A stretch of 63,196 bases of DNA, the filler included, from Octopus bimaculoides (lineage: Eukaryota): NCBI RefSeq assembly GCF_001194135.2. It is 4 parts of 4 records of this genome, joined end to end, with 100 filler letters (N's around TTAATTAATTAA, not from the genome) between each part and the next. Parts side by side here need not be neighbours in the genome. Positions count along the whole stretch, not along the records: positions 40,864 to 54,872 come from NC_069000.1; positions 54,973 to 63,196 come from NC_068996.1; 2 more parts are not named here. The stretch is one strand, 5' to 3'. Below, piece by piece: positions 49,888 to 63,158 of the stretch. Under the pieces are notes generated by a model that searched no databases, was not told the origin of the DNA, and worked only from the letters and a program-made list of their open reading frames with translations. Made by a program: the position numbers and the translations under genes. How positions within the stretch are numbered: position 1 is the stretch's first letter; the number at the start of each line of letters is the position of its first letter.

Positions 49888-51430
49888 NNNNNNNNNNNNN
49901 NNNNNNNNNNNNNNNNNNNNNNNNNNNNNNNNNNNNNNNNNNNNNNNNNNNNNNNNNNNNNNNNNNNNNNNNNNNNNNNNNNNNNNNNNNNNNNNNNNNN
50001 NNNNNNNNNNNNNNNNNNNNNNNNNNNNNNNNNNNNNNNNNNNNNNNNNNNNNNNNNNNNNNNNNNNNNNNNNNNNNNNNNNNNNNNNNNNNNNNNNNNN
50101 NNNNNNNNNNNNNNNNNNNNNNNNNNNNNNNNNNNNNNNNNNNNNNNNNNNNNNNNNNNNNNNNNNNNNNNNNNNNNNNNNNNNNNNNNNNNNNNNNNNN
50201 NNNNNNNNNNNNNNNNNNNNNNNNNNNNNNNNNNNNNNNNNNNNNNNNNNNNNNNNNNNNNNNNNNNNNNNNNNNNNNNNNNNNNNNNNNNNNNNNNNNN
50301 NNNNNNNNNNNNNNNNNNNNNNNNNNNNNNNNNNNNNNNNNNNNNNNNNNNNNNNNNNNNNNNNNNNNNNNNNNNNNNNNNNNNNNNNNNNNNNNNNNNN
50401 NNNNNNNNNNNNNNNNNNNNNNNNNNNNNNNNNNNNNNNNNNNNNNNNNNNNNNNNNNNNNNNNNNNNNNNNNNNNNNNNNNNNNNNNNNNNNNNNNNNN
50501 NNNNNNNNNNNNNNNNNNNNNNNNNNNNNNNNNNNNNNNNNNNNNNNNNNNNNNNNNNNNNNNNNNNNNNNNNNNNNNNNNNNNNNNNNNNNNNNNNNNN
50601 NNNNNNNNNNNNNNNNNNNNNNNNNNNNNNNNNNNNNNNNNNNNNNNNNNNNNNNNNNNNNNNNNNNNNNNNNNNNNNNNNNNNNNNNNNNNNNNNNNNN
50701 NNNNNNNNNNNNNNNNNNNNNNNNNNNNNNNNNNNNNNNNNNNNNNNNNNNNNNNNNNNNNNNNNNNNNNNNNNNTATATATATATATATATATATATGC
50801 AATGAACAATAAAAGATTGGAGTAACTAAAAAGAAGGCCGTACAATTTTGGGAAAATGTAGAGAATACTGAATCAGCTTAACGCTTAAATGGAATAGAAA
50901 CAGATTTTACGTTTCGAACATTAATCCTGCATCAGCAGAAAACAATTAAAGTGCAGTGAAATGAGAAAGAGTAATAGTTCGTGGGAGAATCGAAGAAGCT
51001 AGGGCGTTAGGAGGCAAGTGTGGATGCGGTTCTATGGGAAAGATAAGAAAAACTGGAATAGCGTGTGTATGTGCAAATATATGAATGTGTCTGTTTTGTG
51101 ACGGGCGTATAGGAGGTAGTGTTGTATGTGGGCTTCTGTGCGTGTATGTAGGCATGTACAAGTGTCGAAGTATAGTGGCATAGGTTAGTGGTGCTGTTGT
51201 GATGTGTCGATGTGTGTGAGGAAGTGAATGATGAGAAGTGTGAATGCGAAAAGGTAGCGGGTGCGAGTGGGGAGCGAAATGGAACGTAAGTGGAATGTGG
51301 CTTGTGACAACCATTTAGTTAGAAACGACAAATATTTAGAGTTGTCTCCCTTACTCGGACTGCGTTATACATATTGGTAGCTTAACCCTAATAAATACAC
51401 ACACACACACGCACACATACTCACACACAT

Positions 51431-51485
<55 letters not shown>

Positions 51486-51832
51486 CACTTATGTATACGT
51501 ATATAAATAAGGAGCTTGTCTACTGCTTATGCAGAGTCTGACCAGCTCATGTACATAAACCTTAGATCCATCATGGCGTCACATTTAGCTTTTTAAACCA
51601 GACGATGTTTCGAAAAGACACCCACATGGATTGCATATCAGATTTGGACCACGAAAAGCTGCAGTTAAGTTCTGAGCTTTGTGGATCTTAAAATGTCATT
51701 TGAAGTCTGTTACATTTGCAGACATTATGACATACATGGCATTGAAAGGTGTGCATAGGCGCGCGCGCACACACACACACACACACAAACAAATGTACTA
51801 TTCACGTGCGCTGCTTGTATATCCATCCATCC

Positions 51833-51875
<43 letters not shown>

Positions 51876-52078
51876 CATACCTATCCATCCATCTATCTAT
51901 CTATCTATCTGTCTGTCTGTCTGTCTGTCTGTCCGTCACTATGTATGTATGCATGTATGTATGTAGGTATATACCTATCTATTTATCTATTCATCCATCC
52001 ATCCATCCATCCATCCATCCATCCATCCATCCATCCATCCATCCATATATCCAGCTCTCTCTCTCTTTTCTCTCTCTT

Positions 52079-52119
<41 letters not shown>

Positions 52120-52426
52120 CACACACACACAAACACACATATATATGTTTAGATATATTTAGATATACGAAGGAAAGTAGGTATCAATTAAATCCAGGCA
52201 AAATACCTCTTTAAGCACTCTGTGGAAATATAATCCGGCTAACCAAATTGTGTGCTGGATATTAAGATACTCTATATAGATTGTTATTCATTTCTTGTGA
52301 CAAGTTCAAGTACATCACCGATTATTTTCAGTGTATTAATCACCGTCTATTTATTAGATAATAATGTAAAGAAGGAAACACATCTTCAGTCTATCTATCT
52401 ATCTATCTATCTATCTATTTATCTAT

Positions 52427-52490
<64 letters not shown>

Positions 52491-52716
52491 GCGATGACTA
52501 AATAGAGATAGCTTATCCAGGCGTGTACCGTAACAGCTCTCATGTATAGTCCCGGTTCCGGCTAACCACATCTAGTAATAAGAAGCACCAATGATCGCCA
52601 ATGCACATACTCTATGCAGCAGGAACACGTGTCTCTCATTTTAACAAACTAATTATGCGGCATAATTAAATGCTAATTTGATAAGAAAAAAACCCCCATA
52701 CGCTTTATAATTGTTT

Positions 52717-52751
<35 letters not shown>

Positions 52752-53742
52752 CTATATCTATATCTATCTATATGTATGTGTGTGTGCGTGTGTGTATGTA
52801 TGTATGTGTGAGTGTGTATATATATATATATATNNNNNNNNNNNNNNNNNNNNNNNNNNNNNNNNNNNNNNNNNNNNNNNNNNNNNNNNNNNNNNNNNNN
52901 NNNNNNNNNNNNNNNNNNNNNNNNNNNNNNNNNNNNNNNNNNNNNNNNNNNNNNNNNNNNNNNNNNNNNNNNNNNNNNNNNNNNNNNNNNNNNNNNNNNN
53001 NNNNNNNNNNNNNNNNNNNNNNNNNNNNNNNNNNNNNNNNNNNNNNNNNNNNNNNNNNNNNNNNNNNNNNNNNNNNNNNNNNNNNNNNNNNNNNNNNNNN
53101 NNNNNNNNNNNNNNNNNNNNNNNNNNNNNNNNNNNNNNNNNNNNNNNNNNNNNNNNNNNNNNNNNNNNNNNNNNNNNNNNNNNNNNNNNNNNNNNNNNNN
53201 NNNNNNNNNNNNNNNNNNNNNNNNNNNNNNNNNNNNNNNNNNNNNNNNNNNNNNNNNNNNNNNNNNNNNNNNNNNNNNNNNNNNNNNNNNNNNNNNNNNN
53301 NNNNNNNNNNNNNNNNNNNNNNNNNNNNNNNNNNNNNNNNNNNNNNNNNNNNNNNNNNNNNNNNNNNNNNNNNNNNNNNNNNNNNNNNNNNNNNNNNNNN
53401 NNNNNNNNNNNNNNNNNNNNNNNNNNNNNNNNNNNNNNNNNNNNNNNNNNNNNNNNNNNNNNNNNNNNNNNNNNNNNNNNNNNNNNNNNNNNNNNNNNNN
53501 NNNNNNNNNNNNNNNNNNNNNNNNNNNNNNNNNNNNNNNNNNNNNNNNNNNNNNNNNNNNNNNNNNNNNNNNNNNNNNNNNNNNNNNNNNNNNNNNNNNN
53601 NNNNNNNNNNNNNNNNNNNNNNNNNNNNNNNNNNNNNNNNNNNNNNNNNNNNNNNNNNNNNNNNNNNNNNNNNNNNNNNNNNNNNNNNNNNNNNNNNNNN
53701 NNNNNNNNNNNNNNNNNNNAACTCTGAGGGGCCCGCACTCTA

Positions 53743-53866
53743 CAGGGTGTCCACAAAGTCTGGGTACATGGAGTAAATAAAATCATAACATAAACAATTA
53801 AATATAAGAAATAATAATTTCTTAAAGTATGTGTTAATCCCATGTACCCAGACTTTGTGGACACCC
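53743..53866. mobile_element. Tc1/mariner-type MITE
   Basis: TA|CAGGGTGTCCACAAAGTCTGGGTACATGG ... CCATGTACCCAGACTTTGTGGACACCC; 27-bp perfect inverted repeat, right end lacks the terminal TG. Confidence 0.85.
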
Positions 53867-54335
53867 AAACATGTTAACTCCACCAAATCAATGCTAAGAG
53901 GCCCGGTAAACAGGGCCCTTAATACTTTCAGTCCGCTCCTGCAGTCCAGTAACGTTACTCCAGAGATTCTTTGGAGGAAACCCCATTTCGGCCGCTTATA
54001 TTCGCGGTCGTACTCTTTCGGTCATTGCCGTAGGTGAGGATAGACACGGAAGCCGAAATGAAGACATTGCGGGGGCTTATTGTACTGAGCCTGTATTTTA
54101 TTGAATGCAAGTTATTTAGTTTAGAACTCTACGATTCCATTCCCTAAGGGAGGAGGAAATTAAATCTTGTGACAGTCACTCCTATCTCAAAGCCATTAGT
54201 GTAGGAAATGAAGCGGGGAAAAACTTGGGTTACAAACATGAAAAACGTCTGAAACGCAACTTCCTCTCCGCCATATTTACCGGCATCGATGCGGCTGCTG
54301 CTGCTGATACGACGTCGACGACGACGACAACAACA

Positions 54336-54398
<63 letters not shown>

Positions 54399-54436
54399 GC
54401 TGCTGCTGCTACTGCTACTACTATTACTATTACCAC

Positions 54437-54585
54437 TGCTGCGTGGCTGTACGTTCAATCCCACTGCGTGGCATCTTGGACAAATGTTTTTTTACTCTTT
54501 AACTATAGCTTTGTGTTGACCGATGCCTTTCTAAGTAAAATCTGGTAAGCGGAGACAGTGTGGATGACTACCATGTATATATATA

Positions 54586-54624
<39 letters not shown>

Positions 54625-54818
54625 CTTATCACCACTTGACAACTGGTGTTGGTTTGGTTGCGTCCTTGTAACTTAGTAGTTCGACGTAAGGAGACCGACG
54701 GAATAAGTACCAGACTTTAAAAAAAGAAAGAAAAGGCATTGCTGCCAAATTGTTCGACTAAACTCGAGACCGGTGCTCCAGCATGGTCGCAGTCCAATAA
54801 CTGAAACAAGTAAACGAT
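54437..54818 (+). mobile_element. SINE family A, diverged
   Basis: Head and body similarity to 13916-14323. Confidence 0.75.
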
Positions 54819-54974
54819 AGAAAAAATATAAATTGGAAAGTTACTACGTATATAAACGTTTGTATCTTTTATNNNNNNNNNNNNNNNNNNNNNNNNNNNN
54901 NNNNNNNNNNNNNNNNTTAATTAATTAANNNNNNNNNNNNNNNNNNNNNNNNNNNNNNNNNNNNNNNNNNNNAT

Positions 54975-55065
<91 letters not shown>

Positions 55066-55067
<2 letters not shown>

Positions 55068-55672
55068 CAGTGATGGGGGAGAAAACTGTCCCATGACCAT
55101 CTCTAGAATCACTATAGACTAGTTTCGCCTATTTGGTTGGCACATCAGTAGTGACTACTCAAATGGTGAATGACTTGGCTAAATCCATCTGTCAGTACAT
55201 ATACAGCCTTAAGAGTCTTTAACTCTTATTTCTAGCAATTTAGGTACTTCAGCACCATTAGGCTCAGAATTAGTGATGATAAAATTATTCCTTTTTGGTA
55301 TTACATTGCACCTAGCTGTTTATATTAATTCTTAATACACAGATTAGCATTTCACTAGATCAGCCATAAATTATATGGCAAAAATATATATATACTGGCA
55401 GATGGATTTAGCCAAACCATTGACCAATTGAGTAGTCATTGACCAATTGTCTACTGATGGGGCCTACAAAATAGGCAAAACTAGTCTAGTCTAGTGATTC
55501 TAAAGACAGTCATAGGGCAGTTATCTCCCCTATCAGTATATGTATATTGCATCCTTCTTACAACATTAAGAGTTTTAAACACTTATGTCTAGCAATACAG
55601 GTGCTTCAACACTCTCATTCACATTTAGTGATGATAAAATTATTCCCTTTTTTGTACTCAGCTGTTTATTTT
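55066..55672. repeat. Inverted about 140-bp arms with a directly repeated flank (A+ B ... A- B')
   Basis: 55066-55202 is the reverse complement of 55390-55540; 55209-55330 is directly similar to 55566-55672. Confidence 0.85.
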
Positions 55673-55700
55673 AATTTATATATATATATATATACACATA

Positions 55701-55853
55701 TGGCTGTGTGGTAAGTAGCTTGCTTACCAGCCACATGGTCCCGGGTTCAGTCCCACTGTGTGGCACCTTGGGCAAGTGTGTTCTACTATAGCCTCGGGCC
55801 GACCAAAGCCTTGTGAGTGGATTTGGTAGATAGAAACTGGAAGAAGCCCATCG

Positions 55854-55908
<55 letters not shown>

Positions 55909-56093
55909 CTGTTTGTCCCCCCAGCATTTCTTAACAACCGATGTTGGTATGTTTACATCCCCGTAACTTAGCGGTTCTGCAAAAGAGACCAATAGAATAT
56001 GTGCTAGGCTTACAAAGAATAAGCTCTGGGGTCGATTTTCTCGACTATAAAGGCAGTGCTCCAGCATGGCCGCAGTCAAATGACTGAAACAAG

Positions 56094-56097
<4 letters not shown>
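55701..56097 (+). mobile_element. SINE family A, full length
   Basis: Family A head to TGACTGAAACAAGTAA. Confidence 0.9.
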
Positions 56098-56169
<72 letters not shown>

Positions 56170-56717
56170 CATACATACATGTATATATATACACACAAAC
56201 ATACATATATATATATAAATATATATATACTAATATATACATATATATTTGTTATAAACAGTTGTAAAGAATTGACACCTATCCTTCATATGTTACTTAT
56301 TTATCTATAATTCACCTCTCTTGGAACCTGCCCCTTGCAATTTCGAAAGTATAGAATGAACCGTATATTTAATAAAATGTGCATTTTGAACAGCTCAAGG
56401 ACTGATGATATTTCCAGTTGGGTTCAATTAATTGCCAGTTCTTCTGTACCAATGTTGGTATTCATCTATAATTGAGGTGTATGCATTTTATTCTAACCTA
56501 ACCGCAGTGCCTTACCTCTAGGTACCTTACTCAACTGAATCATGATATATTCATCATCATCATTATTTAACGTCCTCCTCCCATGCCGGCATGGGCTGGA
56601 TGGTATGACAGGCGGGAGCCTGTGCCATGCTTCTGTGTCTGTTTTAGCATGGTTTTTATGGCTGGATTCCCTTTCTAACACCAACCACTCTGTAGAGTGG
56701 GCTATTAGACAGACATC

Positions 56718-56772
<55 letters not shown>

Positions 56773-56817
56773 TCATATGCACACATATCTATACACACAC
56801 ACCTATATACATATGTA

Positions 56818-56865
<48 letters not shown>

Positions 56866-58085
56866 TGGAAGTATATAAAGCTAGATATGCATTTATATAT
56901 ATGTGAAGATATAGATGCATGCACACACACACAAGTGCTTATACACACACCAGTGCTTGTTTCTCTATTACACCTTAGTCTCTCAGTACCCAACATAAAG
57001 CCACCCCTCACTCCCTAATCTCCAGCCCCTTGGTCATTTAGTCATGGGGGGCTTTTCTCTTTCCTGTTCTTTTCTGTCTTGCAACTTACTTGGTGATCTC
57101 ACTAATGCCAGTTGCACAAAAAAAAAAAAAAAANNNNNNNNNNNNNNNNNNNNNNNNNNNNNNNNNNNNNNNNNNNNNNNNNNNNNNNNNNNNNNNNNNN
57201 NNNNNNNNNNNNNNNNNNNNNNNNNNNNNNNNNNNNNNNNNNNNNNNNNNNNNNNNNNNNNNNNNNNNNNNNNNNNNNNNNNNNNNNNNNNNNNNNNNNN
57301 NNNNNNNNNNNNNNNNNNNNNNNNNNNNNNNNNNNNNNNNNNNNNNNNNNNNNNNNNNNNNNNNNNNNNNNNNNNNNNNNNNNNNNNNNNNNNNNNNNNN
57401 NNNNNNNNNNNNNNNNNNNNNNNNNNNNNNNNNNNNNNNNNNNNNNNNNNNNNNNNNNNNNNNNNNNNNNNNNNNNNNNNNNNNNNNNNNNNNNNNNNNN
57501 NNNNNNNNNNNNNNNNNNNNNNNNNNNNNNNNNNNNNNNNNNNNNNNNNNNNNNNNNNNNNNNNNNNNNNNNNNNNNNNNNNNNNNNNNNNNNNNNNNNN
57601 NNNNNNNNNNNNNNNNNNNNNNNNNNNNNNNNNNNNNNNNNNNNNNNNNNNNNNNNNNNNNNNNNNNNNNNNNNNNNNNNNNNNNNNNNNNNNNNNNNNN
57701 NNNNNNNNNNNNNNNNNNNNNNNNNNNNNNNNNNNNNNNNNNNNNNNNNNNNNNNNNNNNNNNNNNNNNNNNNNNNNNNNNNNNNNNNNNNNNNNNNNNN
57801 NNNNNNNNNNNNNNNNNNNNNNNNNNNNNNNNNNNNNNNNNNNNNNNNNNNNNNNNNNNNNNNNNNNNNNNNNNNNNNNNNNNNNNNNNNNNNNNNNNNN
57901 NNNNNNNNNNNNNNNNNNNNNNNNNNNNNNNNNNNNNNNNNNNNNNNNNNNNNNNNNNNNNNNNNNNNNNNNNNNNNNNNNNNNNAATTGTTGTTATTAT
58001 TCACTGCTGGTTACAAATGAGTTTCTATTTTTGCTTTGGTTTCCCCCCCCTACTTCCATTTGAGCCCTCATTTTTTTTTCCTTCA

Positions 58086-58313
58086 AGGCGTAGGCATGGC
58101 TGTGTGGTAAGAAGCTTGCTTCCCAACCACATGGTACCGGGTTCAGTCCCACTGTGTGGCACCTTAGGAAAATGTCTTCTAACTATAGCTTTGGTCCAAC
58201 CAAAGCCTAGTAAGTGGATTAGGTAAATAGAATCTGAGAGAAGCCTATCATATACACACACATACACATTCAATTGTCAAGCGATGGTGGGAGAGGACAA
58301 ACATAGACAGAGA

Positions 58314-58350
<37 letters not shown>

Positions 58351-58797
58351 CGACGGGCTTCTTTCAGTTTCCGTCAACCAAATCCACTCACATGGCTTTG
58401 GTTGGCCCAAGGTTGTAGCAGAAGATATTTGGCCAAGGTGCCATGCAGTGGGACTGAACCTGGAACCATGTTGCTTATGAAGCAAGCTTCTTACCACACA
58501 GCCACATTTGCACCTATATATATACATATTCTTCTATTTTTTTATGTTTCAGTACACGCATTTGTGTGTACATGTGTCTTTCTGTTTGTCTCCCAACACT
58601 GTTTGACAACTGGTGGTGGTGTGTTTACATAACCCATAAACTTAGTGGTTCAGCAGAAAAGACTGATAGAATAAGTACCAGACTTTAAAAAAAAAAATGT
58701 AAGTACTAGGGTTGATTCCTTGGACTAAAATGTTTGTAGAAGGCATTGCCCCAGCTTAGCTTACAGTCTAATGACTGATATGTGTAAAAGATAAAAG
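58086..58797 (+). mobile_element. SINE family A with a second, antisense family A copy (58273-58505) nested inside
   Basis: Plus head 58086-58250, minus partial copy 58273-58505, plus body 58570-58797. Confidence 0.75.
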
Positions 58798-59795
58798 ATA
58801 TAACTGGAATTTATCATGAGGTGCCCCTCCCCTCTCTGCCTCTCTCTCTCCCTCTCCATCTCTCTTCTTATCCTCCCTCCTTGCCTCTCCTTTCTTGATG
58901 ACAGTTAAAACTAAAAGTACAGCACTCATTGACCTTTTTTTTGCTGTACTGCAGCAAAGACCAGTGGTCATGGTGGTGGTAGCAAAAGCATATCTAATCT
59001 CTGAAACAAGGAGGGAGTGGTGGAAACATGATGTGAACATATTTGTAAAGGCATGAGAATTCTGTTAAAGGCCATGCCCACCCAGTAGATGGATTTGGTT
59101 TAAAGCATATAGTTGATCCTACAGACTTCCACACACAGGATTTCCTGACTCTCAATGTTAATTATATAACAAAGTGTCAGCCATGAATAGATAGTTTCAA
59201 GGGAGCTTTTCAGCCTGCTAGAGATAGCAGCCAAATAAATACCTAACAAATTACATTTTAAGGTTCATTTTCTTTTTTAGATTTGCAAGAATCTTGATGT
59301 GAATATGTGTGTTGGAATAAATTTTATGGTGTATTGGGGGTGTCATTACACCATTAATAATAACACATGCCACTTCTTCTTGTTAGTCAGTTGGTCAAAT
59401 AGCCAATCAACTAAATAACCAGTGGATTGTTTAATGTGCTGGTTTAAACAATCAATCATTTGTTTGTTAGTCAAAGCTTTTTGGTTGCTGTTTGCAACCT
59501 TATCAGTGACTTAGTGACTTTCTTTATCAGTCCAAGGTACTGCTCTGAGTCTGCTTCACAGCTCATTAGATAATTAATATATCACACTTGTTGGCATAAG
59601 ATATGGCAAGGGTATACTAGACACATCCCAATTTTTGCAGCACACATTCAGGTAATAAGAAAAGAAACAAAAAAAGGGTTGTTGTGCATTTAACGCATCT
59701 AATACAGGTATATGACGTAGGTGACTTTTTTTTTTTCCAGACATTTGCTGGGTGGGAATAAAGGCGTATCTTTCTTGCTATTAAATATGACAGAC

Positions 59796-60209
59796 GTGCT
59801 GTGCGTGAGAAGACCCGGCAAGCCAAGTGAGATCGTTGCCAGTGCCCCTGGACTGGCTCTTGTGCGGGTGGCACATGAGATGCACCATTTTGAGCGTGGC
59901 CATTGCCAGTACCGCCTGACTGGCTCCCGTAGGATTTTCGAGTGAGATCGTTGCCAGTGCCCCTGGACTGGCTCTTGTGCGGGTGGCACATAAAAGACAC
60001 CATTTCGAGCGTGGCCGTTTTCGTGCGGGTGACACGTAAAAGCACCCACTACAGTCTCTGAGTGGTTGGCGTTAGGAAGGGCATCCAGCTGTAGAAACTC
60101 TGCCAAATCAGACTGGAGCCTGGTGTTGCCATCCGGTTTCACCAGTCCTCAGTCAAATCGTCCAACCCATGCTAGCATGGAAAGCGGACGTTAAACGATG
60201 ATGATGATG
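59796..60209 (+). mobile_element. RTE LINE 3' end with a duplicated 115-bp UTR module
   Basis: AVREKTRQAK*, then GTGAGATCGTTGCCAGTGCC at both 59827 and 59942; (GAT)n tail. Confidence 0.85.
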
Positions 60210-60391
60210 GAATGCTTGCTGACTGGACAAAACAATCATGGCTTGAAAAATCTTAGTCATGAGATCTACTGGATCAGGTTTAATATGGGGCGAAACAACA
60301 TTGCCAACTTCACTTACACTGAATGACTATACAAAAAATTTGCTAGCTATAAATTTTCAAATATCAAATGTGTACACGTACACACACACAT

Positions 60392-60425
<34 letters not shown>

Positions 60426-61395
60426 TCTTTTATCTATCAAAGGAGAAACAAGCACATCCACACACACATGCACAAAACTGAACTTCCACCAACCAAACCT
60501 ATTTATAAGGCTTTAGTTGGCCTGAAGCTATGATAGAAGACACTTGCTTAACATGCCATGCAGTGGGATTGAACCTAGAACCATGTGGTTGGGAAGCAAA
60601 CTCTTTGCTTACACATCTATGCTACCATCTATTGATATATACTAGAGTATTACCTGCTATATGACAGGTAACTTTAGAACTACATTTTTGCCACTGTGGG
60701 TTATATTAGAAATATGGCATATACACAATAATTATAATTTAACTTGTATTAACTTTTGAATTCTTATGCATAATTATATAAAGAATACTAATTTTCAAAA
60801 GAGAATAATTAATTACTTTAAAATAAAATTAAAAACAACAATCAAAAAATTTTTTTAAAAACTGAAAACAAAATTTATCTCCACGTTGATTTTATATTAT
60901 TGAAGTTCACACATATCATCATTCACTCTCTCTGTATATTTATCTATCAATCTTTTGCGAAGGGCATCCAATTGTAAAATTCCTACCAGAACAGTTACAG
61001 AAATTTGGTGCAGGCTTCTGCCTGGCTGGGTCCTTGTCAAACCATCCCGCCCATGCCAGCATGGAGGGAGGACGTTAAATGAACAAACAATATATATATA
61101 TGCCAGCATAGACAATGGATGTTAAATGATGTATCTATGTATATAAAAATTTTCAGGTTTCAAAAGAACCAGACATTTAAAGAGAAAAAGCACCAAGGTA
61201 GAATCAGGGATAGTGCACCTGTTTACCAACAATGCATAATGACATGTACTTACTAAAGTAAATATGGATTTACTCTTTCAGTCACATTCACAAGTAACCA
61301 GCTGAATACAATGTATCATCAAAGTCATACAGAGCACATATTCCGCTTTGACTCTGGAGCCAAACATATGGAAGGTTCTGACTGTGTTATTATTG

Positions 61396-61718
61396 ATATA
61401 TGGCACCTGTGCCCAGTGTCGCCTTCCTGGCACTTGTGTTGGTGGCACATGTAAAGACATTTGAGCGAGATCGTTGCTAGTGCTGCTGGACTGGCTCCTG
61501 TGCAGGTGGCACATAAAATACACCATTTCGAGCGTGGCCGTTGCCAGTACACACCCACTACACTCCCGGAGTGGTTGGCATTAGGAAGGGCATCCAGCTG
61601 TAGAAACTCTGCCAAATCAGATTGGAGCCTGGTACAGCCTCCTGGTTTCACCAGTCCTCAGTCAAATCGTCCAACCCATGCTAGCATGGAAAGCGGATGT
61701 TAAACGATGATGATGATG
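61396..61718 (+). mobile_element. RTE LINE 3' UTR and tail
   Basis: Same UTR as 59796-60209 with a single module. Confidence 0.8.
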
Positions 61719-61929
61719 TTACATATATATATTGTTGACCACATCTGACATTTAGCTAGTCAAAGCTGTAATGGATACCCACTGCTGAAGACCATAGATG
61801 CAGAAGCCTGATTGAGCTTCCAAGTCTGAACATGTACTCAGAACCTCAACAGCAAACAACTACAGGCTAACACTTCACTTAATATAGCCATCTTTATGTA
61901 CCATGCCTTTCAACCAATCAAGTGATGCT

Positions 61930-62540
61930 GAACTGTTTGCTTTGAGCAGTTTCAAACTGAATGTTGCTGAAGACTTCAGGTACTTAGGTGGTTGGGTGAG
62001 CAGTTCAGAAGTAAACATCAAGATCAAGAAGGTAAAAGCTTGGACAGCCTGTCACAAACTAAAGAAAATCTGGAACTCCATATTGCCCAGGCAAATCAAA
62101 ATGAAGCTATTCACTGAAACTGATGAATCAGTGCTTTTATATGGTAATGAAACATGGACTCTGACAATGAAATTATCAAACAGGCTTACTGGATGCTACA
62201 CAATGATGCTATAAATGATCCTGAATGTGAAATGGCAGCATCATGTGGCAAATGAATGGCTTTATGGAGATCTATTAAAAGTTAGTGACAAAGACATCTT
62301 TGACTATCTGCTGACTGTGTACGCCACCCTGAGCTTGAAGCATCCAAATTTGTCTTGTGAAACTCACTCCATGGTAAGAAGAGGAAAACATTGTTACATT
62401 TACATTGACAACTTGATTACTGACACTGGCCTGGAATGTATTCAGGGCATTGAGGTAGTGATGATGGACTGAGAAGTGTGTCAGGTGGACTTTGTTGCTG
62501 TGGTCAGGGTTGGAAACCGGCCATAATAATAACAATTATG
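61930..62540 (+). mobile_element. RTE-like LINE RT C-terminal fragment (different family)
   Basis: DFRYLGGWV...KAWTACHKLKKIWNS...ESVLLYGNETWTLT...ILNVKWQHHV. Confidence 0.8.
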
Positions 62541-63158
62541 AACCTTTACATCACTTTTCTCACTGCTCCTACATCTTGCACATCTTCTCCTTACATTCTG
62601 ATCTGTCTTTTATCCTGTGCTACACCTGTCTCTCTCATCTTACCTTATGGATACAAGACTTAAATTCTAAGAAGGAAAATTATATATGTTGAAATCAGCA
62701 GCAAGTCTTAACCTACAATGTCACAAAAATAACAAACATGCTCACATAATGACAAGCATAATGCTGCTTATCTTTACCAAAGGTGAAGCAGACATGTAAT
62801 ATACCTATGTCATAATAGCACCCTAAAGTCACAAGTAAGTATTGTAGTTAAACACCAAACTGCTTATCATAAGATTCAAGGATTAAAAATCACTTTTTAT
62901 TTGTAGAATTCAAAAGATCTAACATAGGTTACCAAATCATATGGTTTTCCAATCTTAATGGGTAAATAGCAAAGCATGTTTTAACTCTTTAATTCAGATA
63001 TAGTAGGAAAGAAAAAGACACACATAACATAGATGGAAAATTAAGAAGGCAACATGAGGGGGACTAGTTTTAACACTTCAAAAGAAAGAAAAGAGTTATG
63101 ATATTTCAAATGCTAGTCCTTCATCAGAAAAAATTAAAGGAATGAGAAAAGGTAGAGG

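Larger units (their letters stand above)
43377..56260. repeat. Dense microsatellite zone ((TA)n, (TG)n, (TCTA)n, (CCAT)n, (TC)n, (TAC)n, (AAT)n) bordering N gaps
   Basis: Directly visible; accounts for most spurious ORFs in the track. Confidence 0.95.

Noticed and set aside
39297-58226. Long ORFs of 200-436 aa in the track
   Set aside because: They consist of N gaps and microsatellite translations (YI, CV, LS, HT runs).
59280-59420. Candidate MEGF8 exon after tttttAG (ICKNLDVNMC...)
   Set aside because: No kelch, PSI or EGF pattern in any frame.
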